Shown: positions 1 to 13,564, numbered from the stretch's first letter. The stretch: DNA of 64,000 bases from Neoconidiobolus thromboides FSU 785 (GCA_025603075.1 MU626298.1:73607-137606); one strand, 5' to 3'. Notes: generated from the letters alone by a model not told the origin. Made by a program: numbers and translations.

Positions 1-136
1 TTTGATAAATGTTTAGAACGCCGAAATTGAACATTTGCAAACAAAAACTTAACAAATTGCTAAAGTTTCTAGTATTAAATTTTTGCTCTTAGTTCCCTAA
101 TCATCAGAGCTTTACACATCTTTCAAAAGGGTATAT

Positions 137-234
137 GAGGATGGTTTTTTAGTTTTATTATTTTTTCCATCTTTTAAGCGCTATTTGAGCGGAAAAATTA
201 TTAGTAAAATTCTCAAACAAAAAATACATCCCCC
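137..234 (-). mobile_element. ~99-bp MITE family copy 1, TSD ATAT
   Basis: GAGGATG...CATCCCCC termini, internal AAGCGCTATTTGAG; ATAT at 133-136 and 235-238. Strand labels give orientation relative to copy 2. Confidence 0.85.
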
Positions 235-397
235 ATATTTTAATTTTAAATGAAATCGTATATCAAAATTTTTAATATATCATAATTAATGGAAAAAAAA
301 GGTGAAAAAAAAGTAAGAAAATAACAAATAAAATATAAAAATTTATTAAAATTAAGATAATGAAAAATCGAAAAATATTGTTGTATAATTACTTGTG

Positions 398-3300
398 TTA
401 CCCTTGATTTTGTAATACTTTTTCGATACATCTATTAATCAATTCTTTATAAGGTTGCATATCTCTATTTAATTTATTTGCCACTTGATCTCTTACTTGT
501 TTTTTAGTAATTGCCATTAAATCCGCATTTTCTAAAATAATAGCTACTTCATCCATAATTTCGACTTCTAATTGTGTAGCAACGATTGGGCTATTAGATG
601 TAGTGTCATTTGGTGTATCATAACCTAATAACGGTTTTGGAGATTCGGTGCCTGGAACATAATGATGACCCAAATACCCTTGTTGATTTGTATTATCAAA
701 CATACCACTACCGGATCGATTATTGACATTCCTTTGGTAAGGATTCGTTATATTATTATTATTATTAGTTGGCATTGGCATCATTTGATAAGATTCATTT
801 TGTATGTTATTATTATATTGACTCATTGTATTTTTATTTATTATTGTATTATTATTATTATTATTGTTATAAAATTCGGTACTTGGATTATTTATATTTA
901 ATCTTGATCCTGGACGAGAAGCAATATTATTTGGTAACATATTGCCAATAATCATATTAGAAGATCTTGGACCTGAATTCATATTTTGATAAATAGATTG
1001 AGTTGGATTTTGCAATTGATTAGGCTGATATAGCATTGAGTTTGTATTATTGATTGGTGGATAAAAACCAGATTGTGTTTTATTTTGTAAGTTTGATTTT
1101 TTACTTTCATTAGAATATTCCGTTCCTGCTTCCCAGATCTCTTCTTCATATTCGGTCCATTTCTTAGTTGGTATTGTTTTAATATCGAATTTACCTTCAT
1201 CTGCTCCAGATGCAACTATTACTTTTTTACGTTTTCCATTTTCACCAACTACAATTCTAGTTGATCCCCATGAAAAATCATCAAAATGCCAAAAGGAATA
1301 AATTGGTATAAAAAAGGCAAAGATTGGCAATGCTAATAAATAAACAATCATCCAACCAATGTGTTGCCATTGCCTTCTTAATATAAATACGGTCATTTGT
1401 AATACATAAGGTGCTAATATAAATATCAAAGATATAATAGGTATATTACTTGAATCAGTAATTAATCGATATAATAAATAACCCAAATAACCCAATGTAG
1501 CAGGCATTATAATTGTTGATAATAAATCCATAAATACAACAAATCTCATTGAAAAACAACAAAACCCACATAACCTCGGTAAAAATACTAGTTCTAATAA
1601 ATTATGAACAGTTGAATTGATCCATCTTCTTCTTTGAGACAATAAAACATCCCAAGTATCTGGTGCATTAGTTAAACACATAGCATCTGGTGTAAATGTC
1701 ATTTTTTGAAATGGAAAATGTTTTAACATTAAAGTAGTTAAATAACGATCTTCTCCTAAATGTAGCAAATTCTTTTTATGTAATGTATCTACTCGATTTT
1801 CGGAATAATCTGTAATTAATACATTATGTACTAATAAAGGCTGACCTGCTGGTGTCCTTAATCGATACATACAAAAACAACCTGGTAAACAAGTAACAGA
1901 ACCAAATAAAGATTCGAATGCTTTAGCTAAATGATGGGATATATAATATTCATAAACTTGGATCATGGTAGCCCAAGTATCTTTTTCATTAGCTAATGCC
2001 GTTTCTCCACATAATCCCATAATCTTAGTATCATGTAACATAGCAGATACTAACCGATTTAATGAATCCGGCATAACTACAGTATCTGCATCTACCATTA
2101 ATACATATTCATAAAAATGTGGATCTACACCAATTACATTTTTAATTTGATGATACATTTCTAACTCTAAAGGTACCATTGGATGATCATAATGAACTTT
2201 ATTAAAGAACTTCATTAAGATTAGTTGTGAATCTCTTTTTCCTCTGTTTCCTGGTTTAGCTCTTTCTGTAGGTTTACCTACTTTAACAACAACCAAATAA
2301 GGTACTACATGACCATAACATTCATATAAACCAGTATAAACTTTAGCCATATTATGTTGTTTTGAACCTTCCCCTAAAGAATGAAAAGATAATGCTTCAG
2401 GTTCATTATTGGGATCCGATCCTAATATATCCAATACAATTCTTGGTGTAGGTTTATCATTACCACCTCCCATTACCATACCATCAGCTACAATAAATAA
2501 TAATTTACGTTTATCATCGTATTTTAATACGGCTAATGAATCAATTGTTTTCTTTAAAGATTCTTCGCCTTCAGTATAACAAGGTACATTAATAATAACA
2601 AATCGATCATGATCTTCAGGTTCTGGACGAGAACCTAATTGCAGAGATGCTAAAAATTTAACAAATAAAATAGCAAATAAAAAGATAGATAAAGCTAATA
2701 AGATATATTGTGCAAATACGCAACGGAAAGATTGTCGGTCATCTAAAACTCCTGAATAAAATACATTATTTAAACACTGCATTGTTAATGCTTTAGTTTG
2801 TGCATCATTTTGATATAGCTTATTGAATGCTAAAGTAATATCTTTCCCAGATCCAACACGAACCAAATCAATAAAATTAGGGTCCATAAAATCATAACCT
2901 GAAGATGAAGGAGATTGACCAGGTGGTGTTAAAGTATATAAATTGCCAGTAACATAAGAATTTAAATCATATATTTTTTGATTTAATTCTACCCAAAAAT
3001 AACCAGTTGCTGCTTTTTTAGATAATGTAGTTGGATCTACAGCTAAATCACCTGCTTTCATTGTTAATCTCATTCTTTGCATGGCATTTTGATACCAGTC
3101 TGGTTGATAATAATCTGATCCTCGATAATATCGATGATCATGATATTGGGCATTTTTATCTTGAGCACCTAAAGTTGTATTTTGTAAAGAAACTGTTTCA
3201 TCAATAGAGCTACCATCATATCGATTACATAAGGAACTTAGTTGCTGTGGAAATAAATAAGACACGTCATTACCAGCATAAACTTTAATTAACTGAGTTT

Positions 3301-6145
3301 GTTGAGTACCATAATGAGTAGATAAACCTTGTAAATTAAAGACTTGTCCATAAATGGATACCAATGGTTTACTTGCTGTATTAAAAGAATTCACTTCATA
3401 ACTTGAAAAAATTTGACGAGTTGGGCAGATTAAAGGATTAATACCAACAATAAATAAAACTACCAAGGCACATAAAAAGAAAATAAGTAAGCATAAACTA
3501 ACTTTTTCACGCCATGCCATACGAACTTCTTTTAATTTCATTCTTCCACAACAGGATAAAAAGGAAGTAGGCACCCACCAAGTCATTGCCCAAGTAAAAC
3601 AAATCCAAGATTTTCTCACTTTTGTTTTTGGTATATCTTCTTCTTCTTCTTCTTCTTCTTCGATTGCATTTAAATTTAATTGATTTTCTGCTTTAGTTAA
3701 ATGAATTTCCCCATCTTGAGATTGAGAAAATTTACTACCTTTTTCATAAAAAGATAATTGATCTTCATTTAAATTATCATCATCTGAGTAATAAGATTGA
3801 TTGTCATTTAAAAACCCAGTAGGAGAATCTTTATTTAGAGCATTAACTCCTTGTGTTTCTATTACTTTTAAATTATCTTCTAAATCTCTCCAAACACCAT
3901 CACAAAGATAAGTAAATTTATGTCCAATTGCCATATGTTCCGTACCCCAACCAAAACTTTCTCTTGAATTAACTAAAACTGATAAAGGATCATTTTCATC
4001 CACTTCAATTCCCATAGCTATTAAAATTGAAGAATATCTTGTAACAAATTCATTATGCTGATAACAAACAGTATATTCAATTTCTTTACGTTCGGTCATG
4101 TAAACTAATCTATATCTTTCAATTTGTTGTAATATAATTTTACTATCAATATTATCAAACATTCGGTTTTGATTCGAATTAAAACATAATACAAACCAAG
4201 CTTCAGTATTATCAAAAGTATCAAATAATTCATCTAATCCAGTTTGGAATTGAGCTAATGAACCTTGAGGTTTATCTTTGCTATTTTCTTTTAAATTTGC
4301 TTCTTTTTTCTTTTTCATACTTGGTTTACGTAAAGGTACACTTGGTTGTTGTGCAGCTACAATAGCATTCCCATTTTTGGGATTCACTTCAGTATAAACC
4401 GCATCCGAAGTAAATAATCCAGCTACAAATGGATTACCAACTAAAGCATCTGGACCACCACGAAATGTCTGAACAAAATCAGCACCAATAGATGCTCGAT
4501 TTTGTTCCATAAAACCAGCTACTGAATAAGTTATTGGTTGAGTAAAGTGATGAACACAAAATTGGTTATTGCTACGATCTAATTGAAATAAATCTTGATG
4601 AGAATGATTTTTTGCTAAAGAAGTCATCAAGGAGGCATCAGTAGCTGGTCCCTTAACTTTATTGGCTAATTTATCCATAATAGCAACAATACCCGAACTT
4701 GGTTTACCAAGTAGTTGAATTAATGTATGATTATCAGGATATTCTACAATTGGAATAGTAATACCATCTTCTTGATAAGAAGTATTAGAAGCTTCAAATA
4801 CTTGAAAACAACAATAATTAAATAATCTTTCATTAGCATAATTAACACAAAACTGTTCAAAGTTACAAGAAGAATCAGAATAATAAAAACCAGGTAAATC
4901 TAATAAACCAATAAAATTAGCTTGTATATCTTGACAATATTTAGTATTAATATGTTCAATCATCCAAGAAAATAATAAAGAATATAAACATTTAACTAAA
5001 TCATCTCGTTGAATTTTGGCATCTTTAGCATCTAAAAATATAGTACACATTTCTTTTTTAATCATTTGCGTTTTATATGTTAGTAAAGCTTCTAATGTAT
5101 TGGGTAATAAACCTAAAAAATCAGCACAAATATCTAAAATATCGATATTTTTTATCAAGGCAGGTTCATTATTATTGTTTCCATGATTAACAAAATTCAA
5201 ATTTCCTAAATGTAATATTGAAGCTAATAATTGAAAGATTTGACTTTGTGAACGCTGATGAAAACCTAATACTTTTAAAGATTTTTTAAGTTCACTAAAA
5301 CTTTGTTTCAATTCTTCTTGATTGAAATCATTATTAGTATGAGCCAAATAATTAAAACTCACAGCATCACCAAGTTTAAAATGTTCTTTTTCTTGAAGGT
5401 CAACACCAGCTAACAGCATATAAAACACTTTAAAATTACTTTCATTTCTAGGTACATTAACTACTCGGTTTTTAGCTAATAAATAATTTAAAAATTTTAA
5501 ACCATAAACTCGTCCCTTTTTGTCTAATTGTAATTCTAAATATTTGCCAACTTTGGAAGCATTTGGATTTTGAAATGTCTTACAACTACCAAACGCTTGG
5601 AAAACAGCATCCGCTTCTTGAGATGCTTCTAATAACCGTGCTTCTTTACGATGCGTTTTTCGTAATTCAAAATAACAACGTAAAAATTGTTGAAATAAAT
5701 GCGATTTACCAGAGCCAGAATCACCGCTATTAGAAAGAAAAAGAATTAGTTTTAGTTACCAACAATAAAATATAAGAGTTTACTTAAAAATCAAGGTTTG
5801 ATCAATACCTGATCGTTTTAAATGAAAATAAATTACTTTACACAATTGAAAGATATGAGGTTCTAATTCTTGTTGATGATTGACATTATTATTATTTTTT
5901 AAATAATAACCCATCACATCTTCATGAAAGCAAGATAAATCATTATATGGATTAATATATAATAATAAGCGTGCTCCTACTTTAGTGAAATATTGTCGAT
6001 CTTTGAAGCGTAAGTTAAGCGCTTGGTTTAAATACACATCCGTCTTGGGACTCAGAAAAGTTAAGTCTTGAATTTTACCTAGATCATCAATTGAGGACTT
6101 ATCATCTTCGGCAGGGTTTGGGAAGTTAGATAAGTGCTTAGCCAT
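398..6145 (-). CDS. csmA: Class V chitin synthase with N-terminal myosin motor-like domain (~1896 aa, 2 exons: 6145-5784, 5726-398)
   Basis: P-loop GDSGSGKS across the intron, NPNASKVGKY and LDLPGF switch-like motifs, cytochrome b5-like segments, GT2 motifs GEDRYLT and QRRRW, C-terminal DEK-like domain; GT-AG intron 5783-5727 keeps the frame. Confidence 0.96.
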
Positions 6146-7559
6146 CTAAAATTGGAGAATTGACACTTTTTTATGAAATATGAGAATGGGATGCTTTCGA
6201 TATGAGTTCAAAGTATTTTTATGAAAGAATATAAATAAAAAAAGTATTATAAAATCTAAAGAAAAGATAGAATACTTTTTTTAATTAAAAAAATTAAATA
6301 AAGGAAAATTAAAAGATAGTTATAAAAAAAATAACTACTTATTTAACAAAAAATAAAACTAAATAAAAGGAAATTTATTTTTTATTGATAACTTATTTAT
6401 AATCCATCTTAACTGCCCCACAGCTTCCTACATTTGGCCTTTTGATTGTAACGAACTGTTTTTTTTACTTTTTTTATTTTTAGCTAGAAAATATATAAAA
6501 TGCCTGTTAGCTTTCTTATTTTGGTAGGTTTCAATTTCCATTTCAAAATTTTTTGGCTTTAAGGAGATTACTAAAACGTGGGTGGGGTTTGAAAATAGAG
6601 AATTTATAAAAGATAAAATGAATAAAAAATGGATTGTAATTAAAAAATAGTGGAAAAAATTAGGATAAATTAATTAAAAGCACACTTTATTATTTTGTTA
6701 TATACATATTATACTGTATATTGTTCATTGATACGGTCTTAGTAGCCCTATTGTATTTTTTTTAAAAATAATATCAACTCATTTTCAACTAAATGCTAAG
6801 CTTTTCAATCTGTCTTGGCAAGTTTCTATTTATAAAATATCATTAGCAATAATTTTATTTTTATTAGACATAAATAGATTCTTATCTACTTTTATAAAAT
6901 ACCATAAAATTAAATGAGAATTCACATAAATCAAGTTAGGTTCTTATTATTAAGTATAATATATCGAAGTCTTATGGCCTTTTTGCTATAAAAAAGCTGG
7001 TTAAGTATTAACATTTTTGATATGAAGTAATAGAGTACTGGAGCTTACATCTGTTAAACTTCAGCTATACAACAATTAGTAGTAGTATTTATAATTAATG
7101 ATCTGTTTAATTATATTGATTTAGGGCTTATTTATCAACTTTTTTTTTTAAAGATAATAGATGACTACTTCACAATTGAAGTTTAATAGCCATATTTTCA
7201 TAAAATTAATAGTTATCATCTGAATTTGTATAGAAAATAAACAATATTAAAACCAAAACTTCAAACAAAACATAGTTTTATTAACAGTAAAGTATTTAAA
7301 TATAAACTAATATATAAAAAGATAGTACGTGGTATATTGATTTTTGTTCTTATTTTTGAAATATCTAAAAGTAAAATTCAAATTAGTATTTGTTTTTAAA
7401 AGCCAAAAAAAAGTTAAATTCAAAATTGGGCCATCTTCTAACGGCTATTTTTCAATTTAAAGATCGGCATTTTTGGCTAAAAATTGGAGTTAGGAATTTG
7501 AGGTGTCATTTTTTTACTTGAAATTTTAAGCGGATTAGAAAGTGAACAAGATATTATAT

Positions 7560-7658
7560 GGGGATGTATTTTTGTGTTTAAGAATTTTACTAACAATTTT
7601 TCCACGCAAATAGCGCTTAAAAGATGGAAAAAGTAATGAAGCCAAAAAAAACATCCCC
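7560..7658 (+). mobile_element. ~99-bp MITE copy 2 (reference copy), TSD ATAT
   Basis: GGGGATGTATTTTTG...CAAAAAAAACATCCCC imperfect ~15-bp TIR; ATAT at 7556-7559 and 7659-7662. Confidence 0.92.
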
Positions 7659-7675
7659 ATATAGATTAATATTTC

Positions 7676-7872
7676 ATAACTAATTACAAGGAAGTAAAGA
7701 TATTTGACTCATTTAATCGAGAGAATTCGAAATACAAAATTATGGTGACCAGCTAGATATTTCAAATATCTCAATTTTGAGCTTTAATTGGTCATCACTA
7801 TTTTTACGCATTTTGAATTCTCCCAATCGAATGAGTTGAATATTCTTGTTTTTCGTAATTGATTATATTAGT
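7676..7872. repeat. Degenerate long inverted repeat (foldback/MITE-like relic), ~90-bp arms
   Basis: Left arm ...GACTCATTTAATCGAGAGAATTCGAAATAC...GGTGACCA aligns by eye with the reverse complement of right arm TGGTCATCAC...GAATTCTCCCAATCGAATGAGTTG. Confidence 0.65.
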
Positions 7873-8171
7873 TCAAGTTGAATTTTGTTAAAAATTCTTT
7901 TTTAACTTTTTTTAATCGAATATTTTACAAGGGTTAAAAATATTAATTTATAAATAGTTTGCTTTTAAATACTATTAGAGAAGGGCACAGTGTATAAATG
8001 ATCTATAAAGGAACAGCTAATATCATGTTAGATTTAGGGTAAAAGCTAGAACATTTCATGACTTGCTTCAAGAAAAGACAATTCAATTACCTTGACTATT
8101 TCAATTTTATTAAACCCAAGTAATATTTGATTTAAAAGCTGATGGTATTTTACTAAATCCTTATAAATAAT

Positions 8172-8269
8172 GGGGATGTTTTTTTCGATTTCATTACTTT
8201 TCCATTTTTTAAGCGCTATTTGAGTCGAAAGATTGTCAGTAAAATTCTTAAACACAAAAATACATCCCC
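8172..8269 (-). mobile_element. ~99-bp MITE copy 3
   Basis: GGGGATG...CATCCCC termini and family internal sequence; flanks TAAT/ATAT (imperfect). Confidence 0.88.
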
Positions 8270-8579
8270 ATATATTGTAATTAATAATAGATTATAGTTA
8301 ACAATAGCTTATTTATAAATTCGCATCTACAGGTTGTAAAGTTATAAATGATTATAAGTTAAGATTTAAAAATACTTTATAATGATTTTATACTAAACTA
8401 AAATATATAAAGAAATAACAGTTTTATGGGAAGGGGTTACATATAAATGTTAAAATTTATTAAAAAGATACATATATAATTTTTAAAAAAGCGACTTATT
8501 AATAAAACAAATGCTCAAATAAATAAAAGTGTGATATAAAGATAAAGTAGAAGCAATAAATGGATTCTACATAATATAT

Positions 8580-8676
8580 GGGGATGTGTTTTTGTATTAA
8601 GAATTTTGCTAATAATTTTTCTGCTCAGATAGTGCTTAAAAGATGGAAAAAGTAATGAAGCCAAAAAAACATCCCC
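8580..8676 (+). mobile_element. ~99-bp MITE copy 4
   Basis: GGGGATG...CATCCCC; flanks ATAT/ATAC. Confidence 0.88.
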
Positions 8677-8845
8677 ATACAACTGATTATGCTCATCAAA
8701 GAAAGTAAGTATAGAAAACTTTATATAAAAAACTATTAGCTTTAAGTAGTTAATTCAAATTAGTAATAAAATAAAAAAAGAAAAGCTTAAGTTATAATTG
8801 TTTATTAACTATATTAATAAAACTCGGGTTTAATCCGTCTCATTT

Positions 8846-10127
8846 TCAACTACTTTCCTTAAGTTTTTGAATTTTTTCCTTAATTTCTTTTGAAACAAAT
8901 AAATCGTCTAAAAATTTGGTGGATCCTTTGACAGCAGAATATTGATCGATATCAGTTACTCCATTCTCACGTAAAAATAATTCATCCACTAAAAAATTAC
9001 CACTAAATTAAAACACCGCCAGTCAATATCATATAATAAAGAGTTAGATGAGATACTTACGTAAATTTCTTACTATCTTTATTAAATACCATATATGCTG
9101 AGTCCGCCATAATCTCTGGGGTACTAGAAAATATCAATTTAATCAATTTACAATAGGCTTAATTTACTTACCGACAAAGCTCTGGTTTATTCATTGGTCC
9201 TAGATAATCGATTTAATATAACACAGAAACTGAGATCAACCTACTTACCAAGCGCTTGTAAAGCTGCAGTCATGATAACGGTAAAAGGCCACAATGCATT
9301 CACTGCAATACCATCTTTTTTAAGTTCGCTAGACATACCAAGTACGCACATTGACATGTTATATCTGAAAATTAATAAGGATAACAGCTTTAAACCTGAA
9401 AAAATATATCCTACTTTGCCATAGTATAAGGACCATAACTCCGAAACCATTTTTGGTCCATGGTTAGTGGTGGAGCAAGGTTTAAAATATGTGGGTTACT
9501 ACTCTTTCTTAAGTGAGGAATAGAGTGCTAAAAGTAGTTAAAAATTAAATAAAATTGATGTTTTATACATAAGCTAATAACAAACTTTAGATACCAGCCA
9601 AGTACCACGGGTATTGATTTGATGCATCAAGTCATACTTTTCTATCGTAGTTTTTTCGGTATTTGTTAAATTAATGACAGAGGCTTAAAGTAATCAACAA
9701 AATTAATAAATGAAATCATAAATTAAATTTACCATTATTAACTAAAATATCAAGCCCACCAAACTGTTTCACTGTTTGACTAATGGCGTCAGCAATCTGT
9801 TCTTCACTTCGAATATCGCAAGCTATAGGTAATGCTTTTCCTCCAGCCTCTTCTACTTCTTCAGCTGTGGCATAGATTGTTCCTGGCATCTTTATGGAAA
9901 TAATTAATGAGTTCTTATTTATTTTTCATTTTGCTCACTTACTTTTGGATTCGTGGTGGTTGTCCTTGCTGCTATTGCTACATTTGCTCCATCTCTGGCT
10001 GCTCTTAAAGCTATTGCTTTACCAATCCCTCTATAAAATTGGTATCGTCATTTACTATTATCTCATATACTTTGTCAAGTTACCTTGATGCTCCAGTTAC
10101 AAAAATTGTCTTTCCTTTTAAACTCAT
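8846..10127 (-). CDS. HSDL2: Short-chain dehydrogenase/reductase, HSDL2-like (multi-exon, no SCP2 domain)
   Basis: Spliced translation MSLKGKTIFVTGASRGIGKAIALRAARDGANVAIAA..LPGTIY..CDIRSEEQI..; YTMAK catalytic YxxxK; GIAVNALWP; GNFLVDELFL; several short GT-AG introns. Confidence 0.9.
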
Positions 10128-10236
10128 TATACTTTAACAAAAAAGAATTTTTTGATTTTTGATTTTTTGATTTTATTGATGTCATTACTCTTATGAAACT
10201 TCGTCACGTCATTAGCCCCTAGCCTAAGTGGCTTTG

Positions 10237-10450
10237 TATAATAATGGTTGAAAGTGATTCCACTGTATTTTTCGATTTTTTCTAAATAATACAAATATTA
10301 GAAAATGAAAAAATCGGGAAAAAATGGCGGATTAGAAGTAGTACTACAAGCCATAATTAGCAAAAAAAATTCGATTTTTTGACTTTCCAATATTTTTGTT
10401 ATTTGAAAAACTGAAAACACATTATAGAATACTTTTCGCCCCTGTTATAT
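10237..10450. repeat. Degenerate long inverted repeat (Tc1/pogo-like MITE relic)
   Basis: Left TATAATGGTTGAAAGTGATTCC..TTTTCTAAATAATACAAATATTAGAAAATGAAAAAATCG versus reverse complement of right arm TATAACAGGGGCGAAAAGTATTC..TTTTCAAATAACAAAAATATTGGAAAGTCAAAAAATCG. Confidence 0.65.
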
Positions 10451-11285
10451 TACTATGACTTGTAAGTAGAGTAAGTTTGTAAAAATTTTATTGAATTTTA
10501 ATTAAACCTATAAGATTGATATATGTTACTATCAGGTATTTGTTTTTATTACTTATTATTTAATTAAAAGACACTTAAAATGTACAATTAAGGTTGAAAT
10601 TCTTCTATCAGAAAATTTAATCATTGATATCCAACAACAGCAATTAAGCTATTAGATGTCAAACACTATATCCAAACGTCCCAAAAAATAAATTGAAATA
10701 CATAGTGATTAATGAAAATAATATCAAGTCCTTTAAACTTCAGTTGTCCTAGGAATTGAGTTAAAATAAGCATTGTAAATGCCAGTACTATTTCAAATTG
10801 CGATTTTCGCTACTTCCATATTGTATCCCCTTTTATCTCATTTAAATCAAATAAAAGAATATAACAAAACAACATATTCATTATTGATTTTATGTCTAAA
10901 CATAATTTAACTTTGTGTTTTCATATTATAGTGTTTTATCAGAGTTTCAATCAGCTATTAAAGTATGAAGAATTCAGTTGAGATAGCACTCTCAGTTCAA
11001 CTACGCATCAAGTTCCAAACCAAACACAGCATACTCTAGGAATAAGATTTTAATTTGTTACAGCATAAGCCTTGACTAGTATGATGGTTTTCCTACTTTA
11101 GTTAAAACATTTGTGAATTAGCTAATAAAGCACTTGTTTAATGGAATATCACAATAAATTGAGCTATATATCCAGCTAAAAAAAACCTTAATTTTAAAGC
11201 AAGGAATGAACAAGTGTTTTGTATCTGAATCCCCTCCCATAAGCAATAAAAGTGATGACTATAGAAACTATTATATTTTTTATTT

Positions 11286-11383
11286 GAGGATGCTTTTTTA
11301 GCTTCATCACTTTTTCCATCTTTTAAGCGCTATTTGAGTGGAAAAATAGCTAATAAAATTCTTGAGTACAAAAATACATCTCT
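11286..11383 (-). mobile_element. ~99-bp MITE copy 5, TSD ATTT
   Basis: GAGGATG...CATCTCT; direct repeat ATTT at 11282-11285 and 11384-11387. Confidence 0.85.
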
Positions 11384-11649
11384 ATTTTTATTTTATTTTT
11401 ATTTTTATTTTTGGCAATTTAAAACAATGGAAATTGGTAAATTTTGAATTTCACCAGTAAAGAAAATAAATGATCAAATTAAAGTGATAGTTTAAGAATA
11501 TTTTATAAAATTTAGCACTAATATTAGTATTTTATTAAGAAGCAATTATTAAATAAAGAGTCTAGAGTAGAAGGAAAGATAGATTATTAACAATTAGATG
11601 ACTGTACAAAGGAAAAAAATAAATCTCTACTTATGAATTGAGTCTACTC

Positions 11650-11701
11650 AGTATCTAGTGAGTATCTAGTGAGTATCTAGTGAGTATCTAGTGAGTATCT
11701 A
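11650..11701. repeat. Minisatellite, 11-bp unit AGTATCTAGTG x ~4.7
   Basis: Perfect tandem units read directly. Confidence 0.95.
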
Positions 11702-12249
11702 AAAACAGAAATAAGCGATCAAGGAAGGAAATGGAGAGGATCAATATGATAGGTTTATAAAGCAATAGGAATAGAAATATTAGAATGTGATAAAGATCTG
11801 GATATGGCTGAATGGAAGCTCAAAAAGTAAAAATAATGATAAGTTTAAGTAATCCAAAGGCAGTGAAAAATATAAAAACAATAATAATAATGAAATAGAT
11901 ATCATAGACAGTGTTATAACTTAGAAAGTAAACTTTATTATATTTTTGCAGAGCTACTATTAATATAGTCGCAGCTTGTAAGCTTATATTTAGATTTTGA
12001 CTGTTATTTAGTCAAAACTCGTTTTAAAAAACTCGGCAATCATCATCCAAATCCTGTAGAAAAGTCCTTATAAACCAAACACTAGATCAGCGATAGCTAA
12101 ACGCAAACTAAAATCTATAGTAATTAGTAAAGAAAATTTACTTCTTTAAACATGGCTATTTTCGAATCTTATCTATAACGAATACACCAAAAGAATAATC
12201 CAATCCACTATTCCCATTGATTCCCTCATTTTCATTTATTTGAACATAT

Positions 12250-12348
12250 GGGGATATGTTTTTATGTTTAAGAGTTTTATTAACAAATTTTCCGCTTAAA
12301 TAGCGCTTAAAAAATGGAAAAAACAATGAAGTCAAAAAAGATATCCCC
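12250..12348 (+). mobile_element. ~99-bp MITE copy 6
   Basis: GGGGATA...TATCCCC; flanks ATAT/ATAC; family internal sequence. Confidence 0.87.
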
Positions 12349-12991
12349 ATACTAAGAATGGTTTATGAACAAATCAGTTGAATATATATATCAACACGAC
12401 GAGGCTACATTCGAATAATAAAAATATATAACTAATATAATAGTCCAATAAGAATCTTTATAGACGGAACTATAGATTTTACAATGATACTAAGGATACT
12501 CAACGAAAAAGCGGAGAACCCTTAGTTGTCAGATGCAGTTGCTTTGATTTTTATGGTTATTTCTAGTCTGATCTGAGCCACTATTACTTTCTTTTTCAAG
12601 GCTATATCAAGGCCCATTAAGTCACTTTCTTAATTCCTATTTAAGGCTATAAAATCCAAGATTAAATGAATTGAAAGTAGTCCCATATTGAGTAAAATAT
12701 TATCGATAGTGATATTAAAATATGAAATATCTCAACTTGTCAACTTTTATTCTCATAGCGCCTAAAATGCGGATAAAAAAGTCATTTTGGCCCAAATTAT
12801 CTTAATCGTGCCAATAGAATTTAAGCTTTAAGTTCAATTGAGGTGGAAAAAAAATATTCTAGCTAGGAGATGCAAAATGAGAGGGGGAAACTGCAAATTA
12901 AAGTGACATCAACCAGGTCATCTGAAAAAATAAATTTATAAAAAGGAAAACGCAAGCGTTGAAAAGGTTATTTTTCTTTATACATTTCAAA

Positions 12992-13516
12992 ATGTCGCCA
13001 GCAGAAAACCATTATTTAAACCGCATGCTACGCCATCAACATGGAGACCTTAAAGGTACATATGGTACTGGAAAAAATTTGACAAAAGATCAGATGCTGA
13101 TGGATTTAAGCTATCACCCTTGTTTAGGAAAAAATGAAGGGAAGCAGAATAAAGTATATCACCAAGATTTTGTAACACATATTACAGAGGATAAGGAAGA
13201 GATAAACGCAACTGAAAAAAGTGAAAATAAAACAATTGAGAAGGTCAGTATTAAGAATGAGAAGATTAAGTTCCCAGTTTATGGCAATTATGGTTCGATC
13301 AATGAGAAGATGGAACCTACTTTAATGGAACAGGGCATGGGTAAGTATATTAGTTATGTTAGTATAGTTTACTTTTTAAACCTTTAACTTTTAGTTACCA
13401 GCCCAATTAAACCAAGCAATGGCACCAAAAAGTTAGTATTTTTAGTTTTAGCAGGTTTGTTCTTCTTGGGCTCATTCTTTTATCTTTATTACTATTATAA
13501 TTATTGTATGAAATGA
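12992..13516 (+). CDS. Hypothetical protein with a C-terminal transmembrane anchor (2 exons)
   Basis: ATG at 12992; intron GTAAGT...TTTTAG; exon 2 encodes VTSPIKPSNGTKKLVFLVLAGLFFLGSFFYLYYYYNYCMK*. No family recognised. Confidence 0.65.
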
Positions 13517-13564
13517 ATAAAGTGTTTTAAATACACTTGTTTTGTTTTGTTATTTTATTTTATT

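Noticed and set aside
662-1215. Short ORFs within the chitin synthase 3' end; similar shadows in eIF3b, the GPCR, MOSC, b561 and HemK
   Set aside because: They overlap well-supported genes in other frames and have low-complexity translations.
3637-3661. (TCT)n, (ATT)n and similar triplet runs in coding regions
   Set aside because: Ordinary poly-Glu and poly-Asn tracts.
7340-7530. Weak inverted similarity (AAAAGCCAAAAA / TTTTTGGCTAAAAA)
   Set aside because: Beyond a short core, the match is explainable by A/T runs.
8046-8255. ORFs overlapping MITE copies (also 12156-12350, 61808-62002, 62700-62993 and the tail of 21050-21634) that share similar peptides
   Set aside because: The peptide similarity comes from translating the same ~99-bp repeat; there is no coding signal.
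10560-11240. Slightly GC-richer tracts that may be decayed genes (also 12360-12700, 44400-44850, 51600-51950, 61600-61800)
   Set aside because: All frames contain stops and I recognised no motif; unresolved without TBLASTX.
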